Part shown: piece by piece, positions 30,305-40,461 of the stretch
Layout: every line of letters begins with the position of its first letter
Position numbering within the stretch: the stretch's first letter is position 1
Assembly: GCA_902613615.1 (NCBI GenBank)
Contig: CACMHQ010000002.1
Span: 80,028 to 144,027 of the forward strand
Length of the DNA: 64,000 bases
DNA from: an uncultured Candidatus Actinomarina sp.
GTDB lineage: Bacteria > Actinomycetota > Acidimicrobiia > Actinomarinales > Actinomarinaceae
Direction: 5' to 3'
The notes under the pieces: generated by a model
Told to the model about the DNA's origin: nothing
Seen by the model: the letters and a program-made list of their open reading frames with translations, nothing else
Databases searched by the model: none
Made by a program: the position numbers and the translations under genes

Positions 30305-30915
30305 GTTGGGAAAAAGCATTGATTGATAAAGCAAAAGAAATTATTGATATGTACCCTCAAAAAAGATCTGCTTTAGGGCCACTTTTATATCTAGCACAAG
30401 AAAAAGACGGCTATATATCAAATGATTCAATTGTTGAGATTAGTAATCTTATTGGCATTACTGAAGTTCAAGTAAAGTCAGTAGCATCCTTTTACTCTAT
30501 GTACAAAGAAGAGCAAACTGGAAAGTATTTACTAAGTGTATGTAAATCAATATCTTGCGAAATAAATGACTCAAGAAGCGTGATAGATTCTGTCAAAAAC
30601 TTTACAGGCTTAGAAAATTATGAAACAGATACTGATAAGGTTTTTACTTTTGAGGAAGTTGAGTGCATCGGTGCTTGCGGAGGAGCGCCAGCTGTTCAGG
30701 TTAATTATGAAACAGTTGAAGGATTAACACCTGAAAAGTCACTCAAAATGTGCGAATGGCTTAAAGAAGAACGACCAGAAATAATTGTAGCTGAAGAACT
30801 TCAAGAGAAATTTGGAGGTGTAAAATCATTTGACTGGGCAATTGCAGACAATACAGGTTCATCTTATTCTGTTCCAGGATTCCAAAAAATCGGCACTGCT
30901 AAGGAAAAAAACTAA
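30301..30915 (+). CDS. nuoE: NADH-quinone oxidoreductase subunit E (24 kDa, 2Fe-2S)
   Basis: Thioredoxin-like fold with Cys ligands CKSISC...ECIGACGGAP. Confidence 0.9.
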   Translation: MSWEKALIDKAKEIIDMYPQKRSALGPLLYLAQEKDGYISNDSIVEISNLIGITEVQVKSVASFYSMYKEEQTGKYLLSVCKSISCEINDSRSVIDSVKNFTGLENYETDTDKVFTFEEVECIGACGGAPAVQVNYETVEGLTPEKSLKMCEWLKEERPEIIVAEELQEKFGGVKSFDWAIADNTGSSYSVPGFQKIGTAKEKN

Positions 30916-32210
30916 TGAAAGAAACTTTATTACTTACAAAGCATATGCGTGAATTTCCTGAAGATAGCCATCAGATTGAAATTTATGAGAAAAATAATGG
31001 TTATAGTGCACTCAAAAAAGTTTTAAAAGAAGACAATCCTGAGAATGTTATTAATGAGATTAAAGATTCGAACATTAGAGGTCGTGGAGGAGCAGGTTTT
31101 CCAACAGGAGTAAAGTGGGGTTTTTTAGCAGAAAATGAGGATAGGTATCTTGTAATTAATGGTGATGAATCCGAACCCGGTACATTCAAAGATAGAATTT
31201 TACTTGAAAGAGATCCACACCAACTAATTGAAGGTGTAATAATTACATGCTTTGCTTCAAACATCAAAAAAGCATTTATCTACATAAGAGGCGAGTATGC
31301 GAAGCCAGCAAGAAGAGTACAGGATGCAGTTGAGCAAGCATATGAAAAAGGATATTTGGGAAATAATATATTAGGAACAAATTTTTCCTTGGATGTTGTA
31401 GTTCATCTTGGAGCAGGAGCGTACATATGTGGTGAAGAAACAGCTCTTTTGAATTCTCTTGAAGGAAAAAGAGGAGAGCCAAGACTAAAACCACCTTATT
31501 TTCCTGCAGTAATGGGACTATATAACAAACCAACACTAGTAAATAATGTAGAAACAATATCTTCAGTTCCTTGGATAATTCAAAATTCGGGAAAAGAGTA
31601 TTCAAAACTTGGTGTTGAAGGATCAACAGGAACAAGAATTTTTAGCTTGTCAGGCCACGTAAATAATCCTGGAAATTTTGAAATTGAAATGGGTCAGAGC
31701 TTTGGTGAATTTATAGATACATTTGGAAAAGGAATCAAAAATAACAAAAATGTAAAAGCTTACATTCCCGGAGGTGCTTCAGCGCCATGGTTCACCGGTG
31801 ATCAATTAGATATAAAAATGACAATTGATGATGTTGCAAATGCAGGATCAATGTTGGGTTCTGGGGCGGTAGTTGTGATGGATGAAGATACTAATTTAGT
31901 TTATGCGGCAAAGAGTATCGTAAGTTTTTTTGCTCATGAATCATGTGGTCAATGTACTCCTTGCAGAGAAGGGACAACTTGGCTAGAAATGATTTTAGAA
32001 AGAATTGCAAGCGGCAGAGGTAGATTGTCTGACATTAGTTTGTTGATTGATATTTGCGACAATATTTCACCTGGATTGGATTGGCCACCAAAAATGACAA
32101 CAATATGTCCACTAGGTCCTTCAGCTGTATCTCCAATAACATCATTATTAAATAACTTTTCTGAGGAGATAACAAATATGCTTCCAACAAAAATTCCAAT
32201 TACACAATGA
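30915..32210 (+). CDS. nuoF: NADH-quinone oxidoreductase subunit F (NADH/FMN-binding, 4Fe-4S)
   Basis: GRGGAGFPTGVKW, ESEPGTFKDR, and the N3 cluster ESCGQCTPCREG. Confidence 0.93.
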   Translation: MKETLLLTKHMREFPEDSHQIEIYEKNNGYSALKKVLKEDNPENVINEIKDSNIRGRGGAGFPTGVKWGFLAENEDRYLVINGDESEPGTFKDRILLERDPHQLIEGVIITCFASNIKKAFIYIRGEYAKPARRVQDAVEQAYEKGYLGNNILGTNFSLDVVVHLGAGAYICGEETALLNSLEGKRGEPRLKPPYFPAVMGLYNKPTLVNNVETISSVPWIIQNSGKEYSKLGVEGSTGTRIFSLSGHVNNPGNFEIEMGQSFGEFIDTFGKGIKNNKNVKAYIPGGASAPWFTGDQLDIKMTIDDVANAGSMLGSGAVVVMDEDTNLVYAAKSIVSFFAHESCGQCTPCREGTTWLEMILERIASGRGRLSDISLLIDICDNISPGLDWPPKMTTICPLGPSAVSPITSLLNNFSEEITNMLPTKIPITQ

Positions 32211-34543
32211 CGGATCAAATAAAGATAAATGTTAATGGTTCTGAAATAAGTTCAAAACCCGACCAGCTAATAATTGAAGCTTGTGAAGACTCTGGTATTC
32301 ACATACCAAGGTTCTGCTGGCATAAACGTATGGATCCTGTTGGCATGTGTCGTATGTGCTTGGTTGAGATTGAAACTCCAAGAGGTAAAGCTCTTGTTCC
32401 ATCCTGTACAACCAAAGTCTCAGAGGATTTAGTCGTAGATACCGAATCTGATGTTGTAAAAAAAGCCCAAGAAGGAGTCTTAGAGTTTTTATTGATTAAT
32501 CATCCTTTAGACTGCCCCGTTTGTGATAAGGCTGGAGAATGTCCTTTACAAGATCAAACAATGGCTTATGGACCAGGAGAATCAAGATTTGTCGAAGACA
32601 AAAGACATTTTGAAAAACCTATCCCAATTTCAGAAATAATTTTACTTGATAGGGAGAGATGTATTTTATGTGCCCGATGTACTCGATTTTCGGATGAAAT
32701 ATCTGGAGACCCACTTATTGAATTTATACAAAGAGGAAATAAGACACAAGTAAATACTTTTCCTGATGAGCCTTTTAGATCATACTTCTCAGGCAATACA
32801 GTACAAATTTGTCCAGTTGGCGCTTTAACATCATCTTCTTATAGATTCAAAGCTCGTCCTTGGGATTTAAAGAAAGTTTCATCAACCTCTAATTGTTCTT
32901 CAGTTGGTGACTCGGTTGAATTAAATGTCTCACAGAACAAGATGCTTAGGATTTTAGGTGAGGACAATGAATTTACAAATCAAGGATGGCTTTCTGATAA
33001 AGGGCGATACAACTTTGAATATTTACATTCGGACAAGAGAATCGAAGCACCATTACTTGTTAAAAATTCAAACAAGGAATTAACCATTAATGAAACTATG
33101 GAGTTAATTAGTAATGAAATACTTACAAGCGACAATCCGAACATAAGTTTTATTGTTGGACACAACTCTACTAATGAAGAGTATTATGCATTAAATAAAT
33201 TTGCAGAAAACCTTAATAAAGTTGAAAATGAAAATACAGTTAGCAATATAAATTTTTATCTGAGTGATGATTATTTACACAACGGTTTTTTCAATGATGA
33301 TTACTCACTTGGAGAAATTAAAGATTTAGATTCGGCTGATACCATAATTTTGTGGGCACAAGATATTAAAGACAATCTTCCAACTCTTTATCTAAGGATT
33401 AAACAGGCCGTCAGAAATGGAAAAAAATTATTAATATTTGGCCACACAAATACTGCAATCAAACAACTTTCGGAAGAATATTATGGTGAAAATATTGTCA
33501 CAAATAATTTTGAATTCAATGTCGAAATATCAGATATACCAAATTTATCCAAGTATATTGACGGAAAAGATGTTTTAGCTATTGTAGGAAAAGCTTCTCC
33601 ACTTCAAAATGTTAATCCAATTTTCCAATTGGTTAAACATTTAGATCAAAATTCCAATTTAAAAATACTTAATTGTTTTTCAAAAGGCAACACACTTGGA
33701 GCATTACAAAATTTAGATATTGTAAAAGGTCTAAATGAGTTTATAACAGAATTTGATAGTAGTAAAAGAAATATTGTCTTTACAGTAGGCTCCAACCCTG
33801 TAAATAATTCAATTTATAGTCTTAAAATAAAGGAAACTTTAATTGATGCCGATTTTGTAGTTTCTCTTGATTTATTTAAAAATGAAACAACCGAACTATC
33901 AGATATTATTCTTCCGACAACAACATTCGGTGAAAAGGAAGGTACATTCACAAATATTGAAATGAGAACCCTAATGCAAAATAAAATATTGCCTACTCCT
34001 GGTTCTGCATTGAATGAATGGGAATATTGGTTGATTCTCTCAAACAAAATGAATTTATTAGAATCTTATGGAACCGAAGCAGAGTTAAATTCCATGTTGT
34101 GTAAAGACTACATTGATAGTGATAATATTCCATCTTTTGATAATTTGAATAAACCATCTAATCTTGATGGAATTTTAAACTCAAAGACAATCAATATTGA
34201 AATAGAAAATGTTGATTCTACAAATCTTGAAATATTATTTGTTCATAGACTTTATGGAGATTCTTCATCACAAATCAACTCTCCCTCAATTTCTATGCTA
34301 GGTTCTGAAAGATTCATTGAAATGAATTCAGCAACTTACTTTGGATCCTATATGCTAAATAGCGACGTAGTGACTTTAATACAAGACAATAACTCGATTC
34401 AAGTTAACGTCAACATTAACGAAAATCTTCCTGATAATCTCTTAGTAGTTCCAATAAACAGAAGGGGATTCCAAGATCTTAATCCTGAGAAAAAAGTGGA
34501 ATTGGAGGCAGCAAAAAGTCGGGAGCAATTAAGTGTCACCTGA
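32207..34543 (+). CDS. nuoG: NADH-quinone oxidoreductase subunit G (75 kDa)
   Basis: N-terminal 2Fe-2S/4Fe-4S motifs (CWHKRMDPVGMCRMCLVEI, HPLDCPVCDKAGECPLQ, CILCARCTRF). Long Asn/Ile-rich molybdopterin-like C-terminal domain. Confidence 0.9.
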   Translation: MTDQIKINVNGSEISSKPDQLIIEACEDSGIHIPRFCWHKRMDPVGMCRMCLVEIETPRGKALVPSCTTKVSEDLVVDTESDVVKKAQEGVLEFLLINHPLDCPVCDKAGECPLQDQTMAYGPGESRFVEDKRHFEKPIPISEIILLDRERCILCARCTRFSDEISGDPLIEFIQRGNKTQVNTFPDEPFRSYFSGNTVQICPVGALTSSSYRFKARPWDLKKVSSTSNCSSVGDSVELNVSQNKMLRILGEDNEFTNQGWLSDKGRYNFEYLHSDKRIEAPLLVKNSNKELTINETMELISNEILTSDNPNISFIVGHNSTNEEYYALNKFAENLNKVENENTVSNINFYLSDDYLHNGFFNDDYSLGEIKDLDSADTIILWAQDIKDNLPTLYLRIKQAVRNGKKLLIFGHTNTAIKQLSEEYYGENIVTNNFEFNVEISDIPNLSKYIDGKDVLAIVGKASPLQNVNPIFQLVKHLDQNSNLKILNCFSKGNTLGALQNLDIVKGLNEFITEFDSSKRNIVFTVGSNPVNNSIYSLKIKETLIDADFVVSLDLFKNETTELSDIILPTTTFGEKEGTFTNIEMRTLMQNKILPTPGSALNEWEYWLILSNKMNLLESYGTEAELNSMLCKDYIDSDNIPSFDNLNKPSNLDGILNSKTINIEIENVDSTNLEILFVHRLYGDSSSQINSPSISMLGSERFIEMNSATYFGSYMLNSDVVTLIQDNNSIQVNVNINENLPDNLLVVPINRRGFQDLNPEKKVELEAAKSREQLSVT

Positions 34544-35630
34544 AATTATTCTTGCATTAATTAAGCCACTTCTAGTTTTAGGACTTTTACTAACCAATAC
34601 AATTATTCTTATTTGGTTAGAAAGAAAAGTTGTTGCGGGGATGCAATCAAGAGTTGGTCCCGATAGAGCTGGTCCATTTGGAATATTACAAACTTTAGCA
34701 GATGCGATAAAACTTTTGTTAAAAGAGCAAATCTTACCAATGAAAGCCGATAAAGCTATGTATCTATTAGCTCCAATTATTGCGTTGGTTCCATCTTTTT
34801 TAATATTTATGATAATTCCATTGGGCCCTGGTTTTGAGTTAACAATTGGTGAGGAATCTCAATTTATTAATATGGTGGGTGCAGATATTAATGTCGGCGT
34901 TTTATTTTTTCTTGCAGTTAGTTCATTGGCAGTTTATAGCGTAGTTTTAGCTGGATGGTCCTCCGGATCAAAATATCCGTTGCTAGGCGGTGTAAGAGCT
35001 TCTGCCCAAATGATTTCATACGAAGCTGCAATGGGTCTTTCATTAGTACCAGTTATTTTGTACTCAGGATCTATGTCAATGTCGAAAATTGTTGAGAGTC
35101 AATCAGGATATTTATCTAGCCCCATTCCCATACTTGATTCAATAATTGGATTTATTCCGAACTGGAACATTTTTCCACAATTTTTAGCTTTTGGAATATT
35201 TTTCATAGCCTCGATTGCTGAAGTAAACCGAGCTCCTTTTGATCTTGTAGAAGCAGAACAAGAATTAGTTGGTGGGTTTCATACAGAATATTCAGGTTTT
35301 AGGTTTGCAATGTTTTTTTTAGCTGAATATATAAATATGTTTAATATGTGCGCAATAACAGCAACTTTCTTCTTGGGTGGATGGTTAGGCCCAACGTTTG
35401 CTGGAGTTTTACCACCGTTTCTATCAGCAATAATGCCAACAATCTGGTTGGGTGTTAAAACTTTTGGTCTATTATTTGTTTACTTTTGGATAAGAGCAAC
35501 ACTCCCAAGACTAAGATATGACCAACTAATGGAGTTAGGATGGAAGAGACTTATACCTCTCTCACTAATATGGCTAATGATTTCATCAATTGTGCTAGGT
35601 ATTAGAGAGTTTGGACTACCTTGGAGTTAG
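34533..35630 (+). CDS. nuoH: NADH-quinone oxidoreductase subunit H
   Basis: Conserved NuoH/ND1 motifs (ERKVVAGMQSRVGP..., FLAEYINMF). Confidence 0.92.
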   Translation: MSPEIILALIKPLLVLGLLLTNTIILIWLERKVVAGMQSRVGPDRAGPFGILQTLADAIKLLLKEQILPMKADKAMYLLAPIIALVPSFLIFMIIPLGPGFELTIGEESQFINMVGADINVGVLFFLAVSSLAVYSVVLAGWSSGSKYPLLGGVRASAQMISYEAAMGLSLVPVILYSGSMSMSKIVESQSGYLSSPIPILDSIIGFIPNWNIFPQFLAFGIFFIASIAEVNRAPFDLVEAEQELVGGFHTEYSGFRFAMFFLAEYINMFNMCAITATFFLGGWLGPTFAGVLPPFLSAIMPTIWLGVKTFGLLFVYFWIRATLPRLRYDQLMELGWKRLIPLSLIWLMISSIVLGIREFGLPWS

Positions 35631-35637
35631 GAAAATT

Positions 35638-36252
35638 ATGAGTGCAGGTTATGACTTAGTTAAAGGATTAAAGGTAACTTTTAAAGAGCTATTCAAAAAA
35701 TCTGTAACTGATAAATACCCAAAAGAGTTTAGAAATAAACCACAAAGATTCCATGGAAGGCATGTTTTAAATAAATATGAAGATGGAATGGAAAAATGTA
35801 TAGGGTGTGAACTATGTGCTGGAGTATGTCCCGCCCAGTGTATTTACGTCAGAGGTGAGGACAATCCTGAAGAACAACCAGTAAGCCCAGGTGAGAGATA
35901 CGGTTTTATCTATGAAATAAATATGCTTAGATGTATTTATTGTGGTTTATGCGTTGAAGCATGTCCTACTGAAGCTATAACTATGACATCTTTATTTGAG
36001 ATGAGTGTTGGTTCTCGAGATGAAGCAGTATTTGATAAAGAGGTCTTATTGGTAGGAGATGATGGAAATCCAAATGTTCATGAGGAGCAAACACAATTAA
36101 CAAATTTTAATGAATTAAAAACAGCTGATGGATGGATGAGAGCAACATCATCGAATGGTAATCCAGACTATCAAAATATTATAAGCTGGACAGGGTCCCT
36201 AGGAGTTGGAAAAAGAGATCCTGAAAAGGGTCAATTTTTAGAAGAAGAATAG
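35638..36252 (+). CDS. nuoI: NADH-quinone oxidoreductase subunit I (2x[4Fe-4S])
   Basis: Two ferredoxin motifs, CIGCELCAGVCP and CIYCGLCVEACP. The longest ORF starts at 35611; the Met at 35638 has a better SD (AGGAAA) and matches the usual NuoI N-terminus. Confidence 0.88.
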   Translation: MSAGYDLVKGLKVTFKELFKKSVTDKYPKEFRNKPQRFHGRHVLNKYEDGMEKCIGCELCAGVCPAQCIYVRGEDNPEEQPVSPGERYGFIYEINMLRCIYCGLCVEACPTEAITMTSLFEMSVGSRDEAVFDKEVLLVGDDGNPNVHEEQTQLTNFNELKTADGWMRATSSNGNPDYQNIISWTGSLGVGKRDPEKGQFLEEE

Positions 36253-36253
36253 T

Positions 36254-36781
36254 GTGACAGATTTACTGCTATTTGCGATTCCTGGATTGTTTATAATTCT
36301 AGGAGCACTCATAGTAATTTTTGCCAGAAATCCAGTTCATAATGCAATGGGACTAGTGCTAACACTTACATCGCTAGCAATTTTATATATCTCTCTTAAT
36401 GCAACTTTCGTTGCTATGGTTCAAATGCTAGTTTATGCAGGCGCTGTAATGACATTATTTTTGTTTGTCATAATGATGATTGGTGTTGACAAACCAGAAC
36501 AAACTAAAGAGGAAATAAAAGGACAAAAATTATTAATATCTGGAACTTTAATTTTGTTAGTCTCGGTTATTGTCTTTATTGGTTTAGAAAATGGTTTAGA
36601 TTGGAATTTGTTACTTCCTCAATCTCAAAATACATTAGAAGGCACACCGTCACGTATAGCATCAGCAATGTTTACGTCGTGGGTCTTTCCCTTTGAAGTT
36701 ATATCAATACTTCTGATCGTTGCTACAACTGCAGCATTAGCTTTAGCTTATGAGTTTAGAAAAAGAGAGACTAATGATTGA
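36254..36781 (+). CDS. nuoJ: NADH-quinone oxidoreductase subunit J
   Basis: GTG start right after the nuoI stop. 5-TM ND6-like protein. Confidence 0.85.
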   Translation: MTDLLLFAIPGLFIILGALIVIFARNPVHNAMGLVLTLTSLAILYISLNATFVAMVQMLVYAGAVMTLFLFVIMMIGVDKPEQTKEEIKGQKLLISGTLILLVSVIVFIGLENGLDWNLLLPQSQNTLEGTPSRIASAMFTSWVFPFEVISILLIVATTAALALAYEFRKRETND

Positions 36782-37082
36782 AGTAACCTCTGATTGGTAC
36801 CTAACTCTATCAGCCATACTTTTTTCAATTGGCTTCCTCGGTATTATGATTCGTAAAAATGCATTGATTATGTTTATGTGTATTGAGCTTATGCTTAATG
36901 CTGTTAATTTGACATTTATCACAGCTTCAAACCATTTGGGATTAGTTGATGGTCAGATTGCTGTCTTTTTTGTACTAGTCGTTGCTGCTGCCGAAGTTGT
37001 AGTTGGTCTAGCAATAATTGTTTCAATATTTAAAAAACAAGAATCAGCGTCTGTAGACATGTTAAGTTCTTCGAAGGGATAA
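36774..37082 (+). CDS. nuoK: NADH-quinone oxidoreductase subunit K
   Basis: ND4L-like 3-TM protein ([23 protein letters not shown]..., E residues in TM2/3). Probable start is the ATG at 36774 (ATGATTGA overlap); the longest ORF starts at 36750. Confidence 0.85.
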   Translation: MIEVTSDWYLTLSAILFSIGFLGIMIRKNALIMFMCIELMLNAVNLTFITASNHLGLVDGQIAVFFVLVVAAAEVVVGLAIIVSIFKKQESASVDMLSSSKG

Positions 37083-37084
37083 GT

Positions 37085-38974
37085 TTGGAAATTTTAATTC
37101 TAGGAGTATTACTAATTCCGTTTCTTACATCATTACTTTTAAAAGCTGCAGGTAAATACATGAATGAGTTACTTACAAATTTTGTAACTTTGAATGCCTC
37201 CCTTTTGTCTGTTGCAATATCTTTTTTCTTATTTGGATATATTTTTTTGGATAAATTCAAACCACTTAAGTTCGAGCTCTTTGAGTGGTTTCCTGATCCA
37301 CAAATAGTATTTGAATTTTATTTAGATGGACTATCTGGTGTAATGATGGTTTTAATTTCTACTCTAAGTCTTGTAATTCAACTTTTTTCAACCTCATATA
37401 TGAGCAAAGATGAAAAATACACAAAATACTTTGAATATTTCAATTTTTTTGTTTTTTCAATGTTACTCCTTGTGATGTCTGGAAATTTTTTAGTAATGTT
37501 TTTTGGATGGGAACTAGTTGGATTAAGCTCTTATCTCTTAATATCTTTTTGGTCAGAAAAGAAATCAGCATCAAAAGCAGGAAACAAAGCGTTTATTTTG
37601 AATAGGATAGGAGACTTTGGATTCCTTATTGGTCTCATGATGATTTTAAATTATTTTGAAACCTTTAACTTTTTGAGTATATTTGAAGACACTCTAAATA
37701 CAAGACCTGAAAATTTAGATCTTATGATTTTGTTTTTACTTTTAGGTGCTTTCGGAAAATCTGCTCAGTTTCCTTTATTCAGCTGGTTACCAGATGCAAT
37801 GGAAGGACCAACACCTGCAAGCGCATTGATTCATGCCGCAACAATGGTTACAGCTGGTGTGTTTATGCTGGTTAGAATTTCACCATTATTACAATTTTCA
37901 GAAATAGGAAGTATCACAATTATAAGTCTTGGACTTTTAACAGCTCTAATTTCTGCTTTCGCTGCGATAAATCAAGATGACATAAAAAAAGTTTTGGCTT
38001 ACTCAACAATTTCACAACTTGGATTTATGTTCATTGCTATTGGAGCAGGAGCCTATGTTGCAGCAATATTTCATCTTGTAACACATGCGTTTTTTAAAGC
38101 ATTGCTATTTCTCGGAGCAGGGGCTGTAATTCATGAAATGCATCACGAACAAAATATTTATAAAATGGGCGGACTTAGAAAAAAAATGCCAGTAACTGCT
38201 GCAATGATGGGAATTGGAACTTTAGCAATATCTGGTATTCCACCGCTAGCAGGATTTTGGTCAAAGGATGAAATACTAGCCTCGGTATTTGCTAGAGGAG
38301 GAATTTATTATGGATTCTGGGCTTTGTCTCTTTTAGCTGCATTAATGACTGCTTTTTATATGGGAAGGCACTGGCTGTTAATTTTTGTTAAAGAGCCATC
38401 CAATGAATTAGACAGTATAAATGAAGCACCAAAAAATATGACAAGACCTTTGATTTTACTTGGCCTTTTTTCTATTTTTATTGGATTTATAAATACACCT
38501 TTTTTTCATGGTTTAGAAAAAGTGTTACATGAAACTCTTTACAACGTAGAAGTTACGCACCTTCCAAAAGGTATAACACTAGCAGTTTTGGCATTTCTAT
38601 CAATTGGAGCAGGTTTTACAGGCCTTGCACTCGCGTACTTGATTTATATCTTTGATATTTTTACCTACTTTAAAATAAAAATACCTTTTTTAAAACAATT
38701 CAAAAAGCTTTCAAAAGATGTCCTTTATTTAAATAAAATTGGAAATCTAATTTTTGTAAAAGGCATGAAATCATTATCAAGAAAAGTAGCTGTAAGTGTT
38801 GATGGTATGACCATTGATGGATTTATAAATGGAGTAGCAAGGTCATTTTTAAAATCATCCCAACAAATTTCCTTTTCACAAACGGGTCTTGTTAGAAGCT
38901 ACGTTGTATATTTTGGACTTTTCATGTTGGCACTTATTCTTGTATTTTTATTATCTCCTGGAGTCTTATCATGA
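37085..38974 (+). CDS. nuoL: NADH-quinone oxidoreductase subunit L
   Basis: TTG start. Antiporter-like core (WLPDAMEGPTPASALIHAATMVTAGV) plus a C-terminal long helix region. Length 629 aa. Confidence 0.9.
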   Translation: MEILILGVLLIPFLTSLLLKAAGKYMNELLTNFVTLNASLLSVAISFFLFGYIFLDKFKPLKFELFEWFPDPQIVFEFYLDGLSGVMMVLISTLSLVIQLFSTSYMSKDEKYTKYFEYFNFFVFSMLLLVMSGNFLVMFFGWELVGLSSYLLISFWSEKKSASKAGNKAFILNRIGDFGFLIGLMMILNYFETFNFLSIFEDTLNTRPENLDLMILFLLLGAFGKSAQFPLFSWLPDAMEGPTPASALIHAATMVTAGVFMLVRISPLLQFSEIGSITIISLGLLTALISAFAAINQDDIKKVLAYSTISQLGFMFIAIGAGAYVAAIFHLVTHAFFKALLFLGAGAVIHEMHHEQNIYKMGGLRKKMPVTAAMMGIGTLAISGIPPLAGFWSKDEILASVFARGGIYYGFWALSLLAALMTAFYMGRHWLLIFVKEPSNELDSINEAPKNMTRPLILLGLFSIFIGFINTPFFHGLEKVLHETLYNVEVTHLPKGITLAVLAFLSIGAGFTGLALAYLIYIFDIFTYFKIKIPFLKQFKKLSKDVLYLNKIGNLIFVKGMKSLSRKVAVSVDGMTIDGFINGVARSFLKSSQQISFSQTGLVRSYVVYFGLFMLALILVFLLSPGVLS

Positions 38975-40461
38975 CAAGTTTGATTTATAGCTTTATATTG
39001 CTTCCAGTAATTAATTCAATATTAGTTTTTCTTATTCCAGATAGAAGGAAAGAACTCTTCAGGCCTTTAACAGTTTATTTAAGCTTGATCCCATTAGGTC
39101 TCTGTTTGTATATGTTTGTAAACCAAAATTTAAAAACAAGCTTTTTAGAAGTTGACTCAACACCTTGGATTACAGCATATGGAATAGATTTGATTATTGG
39201 ATTTTCTGGAATGTCATTTTTATTAATTACATTGAATTGTTTGCTTGTATTATTGTCAATTCTTTCACTAAATCAAGAATATGCAGAAAGTAAAGGATTT
39301 CTTGGATCAATCATGCTCTTACAAGCTGCTGTAAATGGAGTATTCTTGGCAGGTGATTTAGTTTCACTATTCATATTTTTTGAAGCCTTGCTAATTCCCA
39401 TGTATTTCTTAATGGGTATCTGGGGTGGAAGTAATAAAAGATATGCAACAATTAAATTTATTTTATATACAGTCTTTGGTTCAATTTTTATACTCGCTGG
39501 AACAATATATACAGGAGTTTTAAGTTACATTTCATCTGGAAAATTTGCGTTAGATTTTGAATCAATAGCATCTATGTCAATTTCGACCAGCCAGTCAGAA
39601 ATATTATTTTTATTATTCACATTTGGTTTCCTTATAAAAGTACCTTTATTTCCACTTCACACCTGGTTACCAGATGCTCACGTGGAAGCACCAACCGCGG
39701 GCAGTATTTTGTTGGCTGGAGTTCTTTTAAAAGTTGGAGCCTATGGAATATTAAGAGTTTCAATTCCTTTTTTTACAGAAGGATTTCTTAGGTACCAATT
39801 CATAATTGCATTTTTATCTGTTGTAGGGATAATTTACGGTGCAATCGTAGCAATTGTTCAAATAGACATTAAAAAACTGATTGCATATTCCTCAATAAGC
39901 CACATGGGATTTGTAATGCTTGGTATTTCAGCAGGAAGATACTTAAGTCTGGAAGGTGCTGTAATTCAAATGATAAATCACGGTATAACTTCTGGTGCAT
40001 TATTTATGCTTGTTGGATTTTTATATGATCGAAGACACACAAGGAGAATATCAGATTTTGGGGGTTTGAGAAAATCAATGCCTATATATGCATCAATATT
40101 TTTATTTTCCTCATTTGCTTCAATAGGATTACCAGGACTTAATGGATTTGTTGGTGAGTTTATGATTTTAATGGGAAGCTATCCGACTTTTAAAGTTCTG
40201 ACCTCTGTTGCAGCATTTGGTGTTGTCCTTGCAGCAATTTATATGCTTTGGGCTTATCAAAGGATGTTTAATGGACAATTAGATAATGATGAAAATTCTG
40301 TGTTAACAGATCTAAATACAAAAGAACTGGTAGCTGTAGGTCCATTACTTGCTTTAATGTTGTTCATTGGCATATATCCGAGCTTTATAGAAAGCTACGT
40401 CGTTCAAGATGTATCAGTAATTTATGAATCAATTAGCAATCTCTTAGGAGCTTCACAATGA
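38971..40461 (+). CDS. nuoM: NADH-quinone oxidoreductase subunit M
   Basis: ND4-like motif TWLPDAHVEAPTAGSILLAGVLLK. Confidence 0.9.
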   Translation: MTSLIYSFILLPVINSILVFLIPDRRKELFRPLTVYLSLIPLGLCLYMFVNQNLKTSFLEVDSTPWITAYGIDLIIGFSGMSFLLITLNCLLVLLSILSLNQEYAESKGFLGSIMLLQAAVNGVFLAGDLVSLFIFFEALLIPMYFLMGIWGGSNKRYATIKFILYTVFGSIFILAGTIYTGVLSYISSGKFALDFESIASMSISTSQSEILFLLFTFGFLIKVPLFPLHTWLPDAHVEAPTAGSILLAGVLLKVGAYGILRVSIPFFTEGFLRYQFIIAFLSVVGIIYGAIVAIVQIDIKKLIAYSSISHMGFVMLGISAGRYLSLEGAVIQMINHGITSGALFMLVGFLYDRRHTRRISDFGGLRKSMPIYASIFLFSSFASIGLPGLNGFVGEFMILMGSYPTFKVLTSVAAFGVVLAAIYMLWAYQRMFNGQLDNDENSVLTDLNTKELVAVGPLLALMLFIGIYPSFIESYVVQDVSVIYESISNLLGASQ